This document shows, one piece after another, positions 61,364 to 64,000 of a stretch of DNA of 64,000 bases (positions are counted from its first letter, which is position 1; each line of letters opens with the position of its first letter). This stretch comes from Desulfatiglandales bacterium (GTDB taxonomy: Bacteria; Desulfobacterota; DSM-4660; Desulfatiglandales; HGW-15): positions 1,120,001 through 1,184,000 of the forward strand of contig CAXXJJ010000004.1 of the NCBI GenBank assembly GCA_963667015.2, in the 5' to 3' direction. The notes under the pieces were generated by a model, which did not search any database, was not told where the DNA came from, and saw nothing but the letters and a program-made list of their open reading frames with translations. A program made the translations under genes and the position numbers.

Positions 61364-61493
61364 AAGACATAAGCAAAAAAACGATTTATTGTTTAAGACA
61401 TAAAAGGTTTTTCTTCTTGTCCTTCGTGGCTTTTGTGGTTGTGATAACGATCTATCTTATACGTCTTGTCTGATCTGGAAATTTCCCAAAATG

Positions 61494-61531
61494 AAAAGGC
61501 TGTATTCGGTTATGCCGGATACAGCCTTTTT
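61494..61531 (-). terminator. bidirectional intrinsic terminator after groL
   Basis: AAAAGGCTGTATTCGG..CCGGATACAGCCTTTTT. Confidence 0.8.
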
Positions 61532-61557
61532 ATTTATAGTTCTAGACAGAGGACGTA

Positions 61558-63210
<1,653 letters not shown>

Positions 63211-63234
63211 TTATCTCCTCCTGTATTTTTTTGC

Positions 63235-63522
63235 TTATTCCACGATAGCAATGATGTCGTCTTCGCGCATGATCAGGTGCTCTTCACCTTCGATTTTTAT
63301 TTCGGTACCGGCATATTTTCCAAAAAGAACCTTGTCGCCTTTTTTGACTTCAAGGGCTTTTACTTCACCGTTATCAAGGTGCTTACCGTTTCCTACGGCA
63401 ACGACTTTTCCCTCTGAGGGTTTTTCTTTTGCAGAATCAGGGATTATGATACCACCCTTTGTCGTCTCTTCTTCTTCAATCCTTTTTATTATTACTCGAT
63501 CGTGCAATGGTCTAATTTTCAT
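63235..63522 (-). CDS. groS: co-chaperonin GroES
   Basis: [21 protein letters not shown]. Confidence 0.99.
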   Translation of the reverse strand: MKIRPLHDRVIIKRIEEEETTKGGIIIPDSAKEKPSEGKVVAVGNGKHLDNGEVKALEVKKGDKVLFGKYAGTEIKIEGEEHLIMREDDIIAIVE

Positions 63523-64000
63523 TTTCTAAAATATCCTCCTTAACAAAATTAGTAGATTAAAATAAATTTAAGGAAAAATTCACCTCCTCAATAGTCTTAA
63601 TTTATTTAAAAACGGGTATCTTTTTTATAAAAATGATTCCCGTTTTATATATGCTGAAAATGATAATGAAATATCATTTTTTTATGATAAGAAAAACTGC
63701 ACAAACATAATTCCTAATAATAATTTGTCAAGTAATATGGGAAAAAATATATTTTTTTTCAGTAATTTCCGGTTAAGAGAGGCATATATGTATTCAAATT
63801 TGAGTTTAGACGCTTTTCTTAAAATAAAATCACTTGATTAAATTATATTTGGCCTTGCCCTGAGAGATAATCTCCCTGCCGGTTTCATACCTGATGCCTG
63901 TTTGCTTATTTTATCTATTGAAAAGGATAGATTATTTTAATACTATCATAAGCTTAATTAAATTTTATTTAACAACATTATTGAGTGATATTAAGTATGG

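Noticed and set aside
63523..64000. CIRCE element upstream of groES
   Set aside because: No TTAGCACTC-N9-GAGTGCTAA match visible

Overview
AT-rich bacterial chromosomal window. Gene content (HDOD/CheX/CheR signalling, FlhG-like ATPase with DnaJ-HTH partner, ileS-lspA-lgt, groESL) suggests a Desulfobacterota-like deltaproteobacterium; this is inference. Left part (1-28.4 kb): two ABC exporters, a PPIase-thioredoxin fusion, lipoproteins, a flavoprotein, MarR-MATE, and a 3,292-bp tandem duplication of a TonB-dependent receptor. Both receptor copies carry a ~410-nt leader with conserved, partly covarying helices that I cannot match to a known riboswitch. Middle (28,465-42,233): a ~13.8-kb element integrated in the 3' end of tRNA-Leu(CAA), bounded by a 15-bp direct repeat. 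It encodes a tyrosine integrase, one active and one apparently dead serine recombinase, and an SF2-helicase-like gene broken by an IS1380 and two frameshifts. It also carries defence-like cargo: an AbiTii-like protein, a Zn-finger/TM protein, an apparently two-gene Shedu (DUF4263) module and a PD-(D/E)xK-like ORF. Right part (42.2-64 kb): divergent tRNA-Leu/tRNA-Ala, a c-di-GMP/chemotaxis-like cluster with sigma-28-type promoters, a cyclase-zinc knuckle-TPR protein and housekeeping genes. All family calls are by motif recognition only; no database searches were run.
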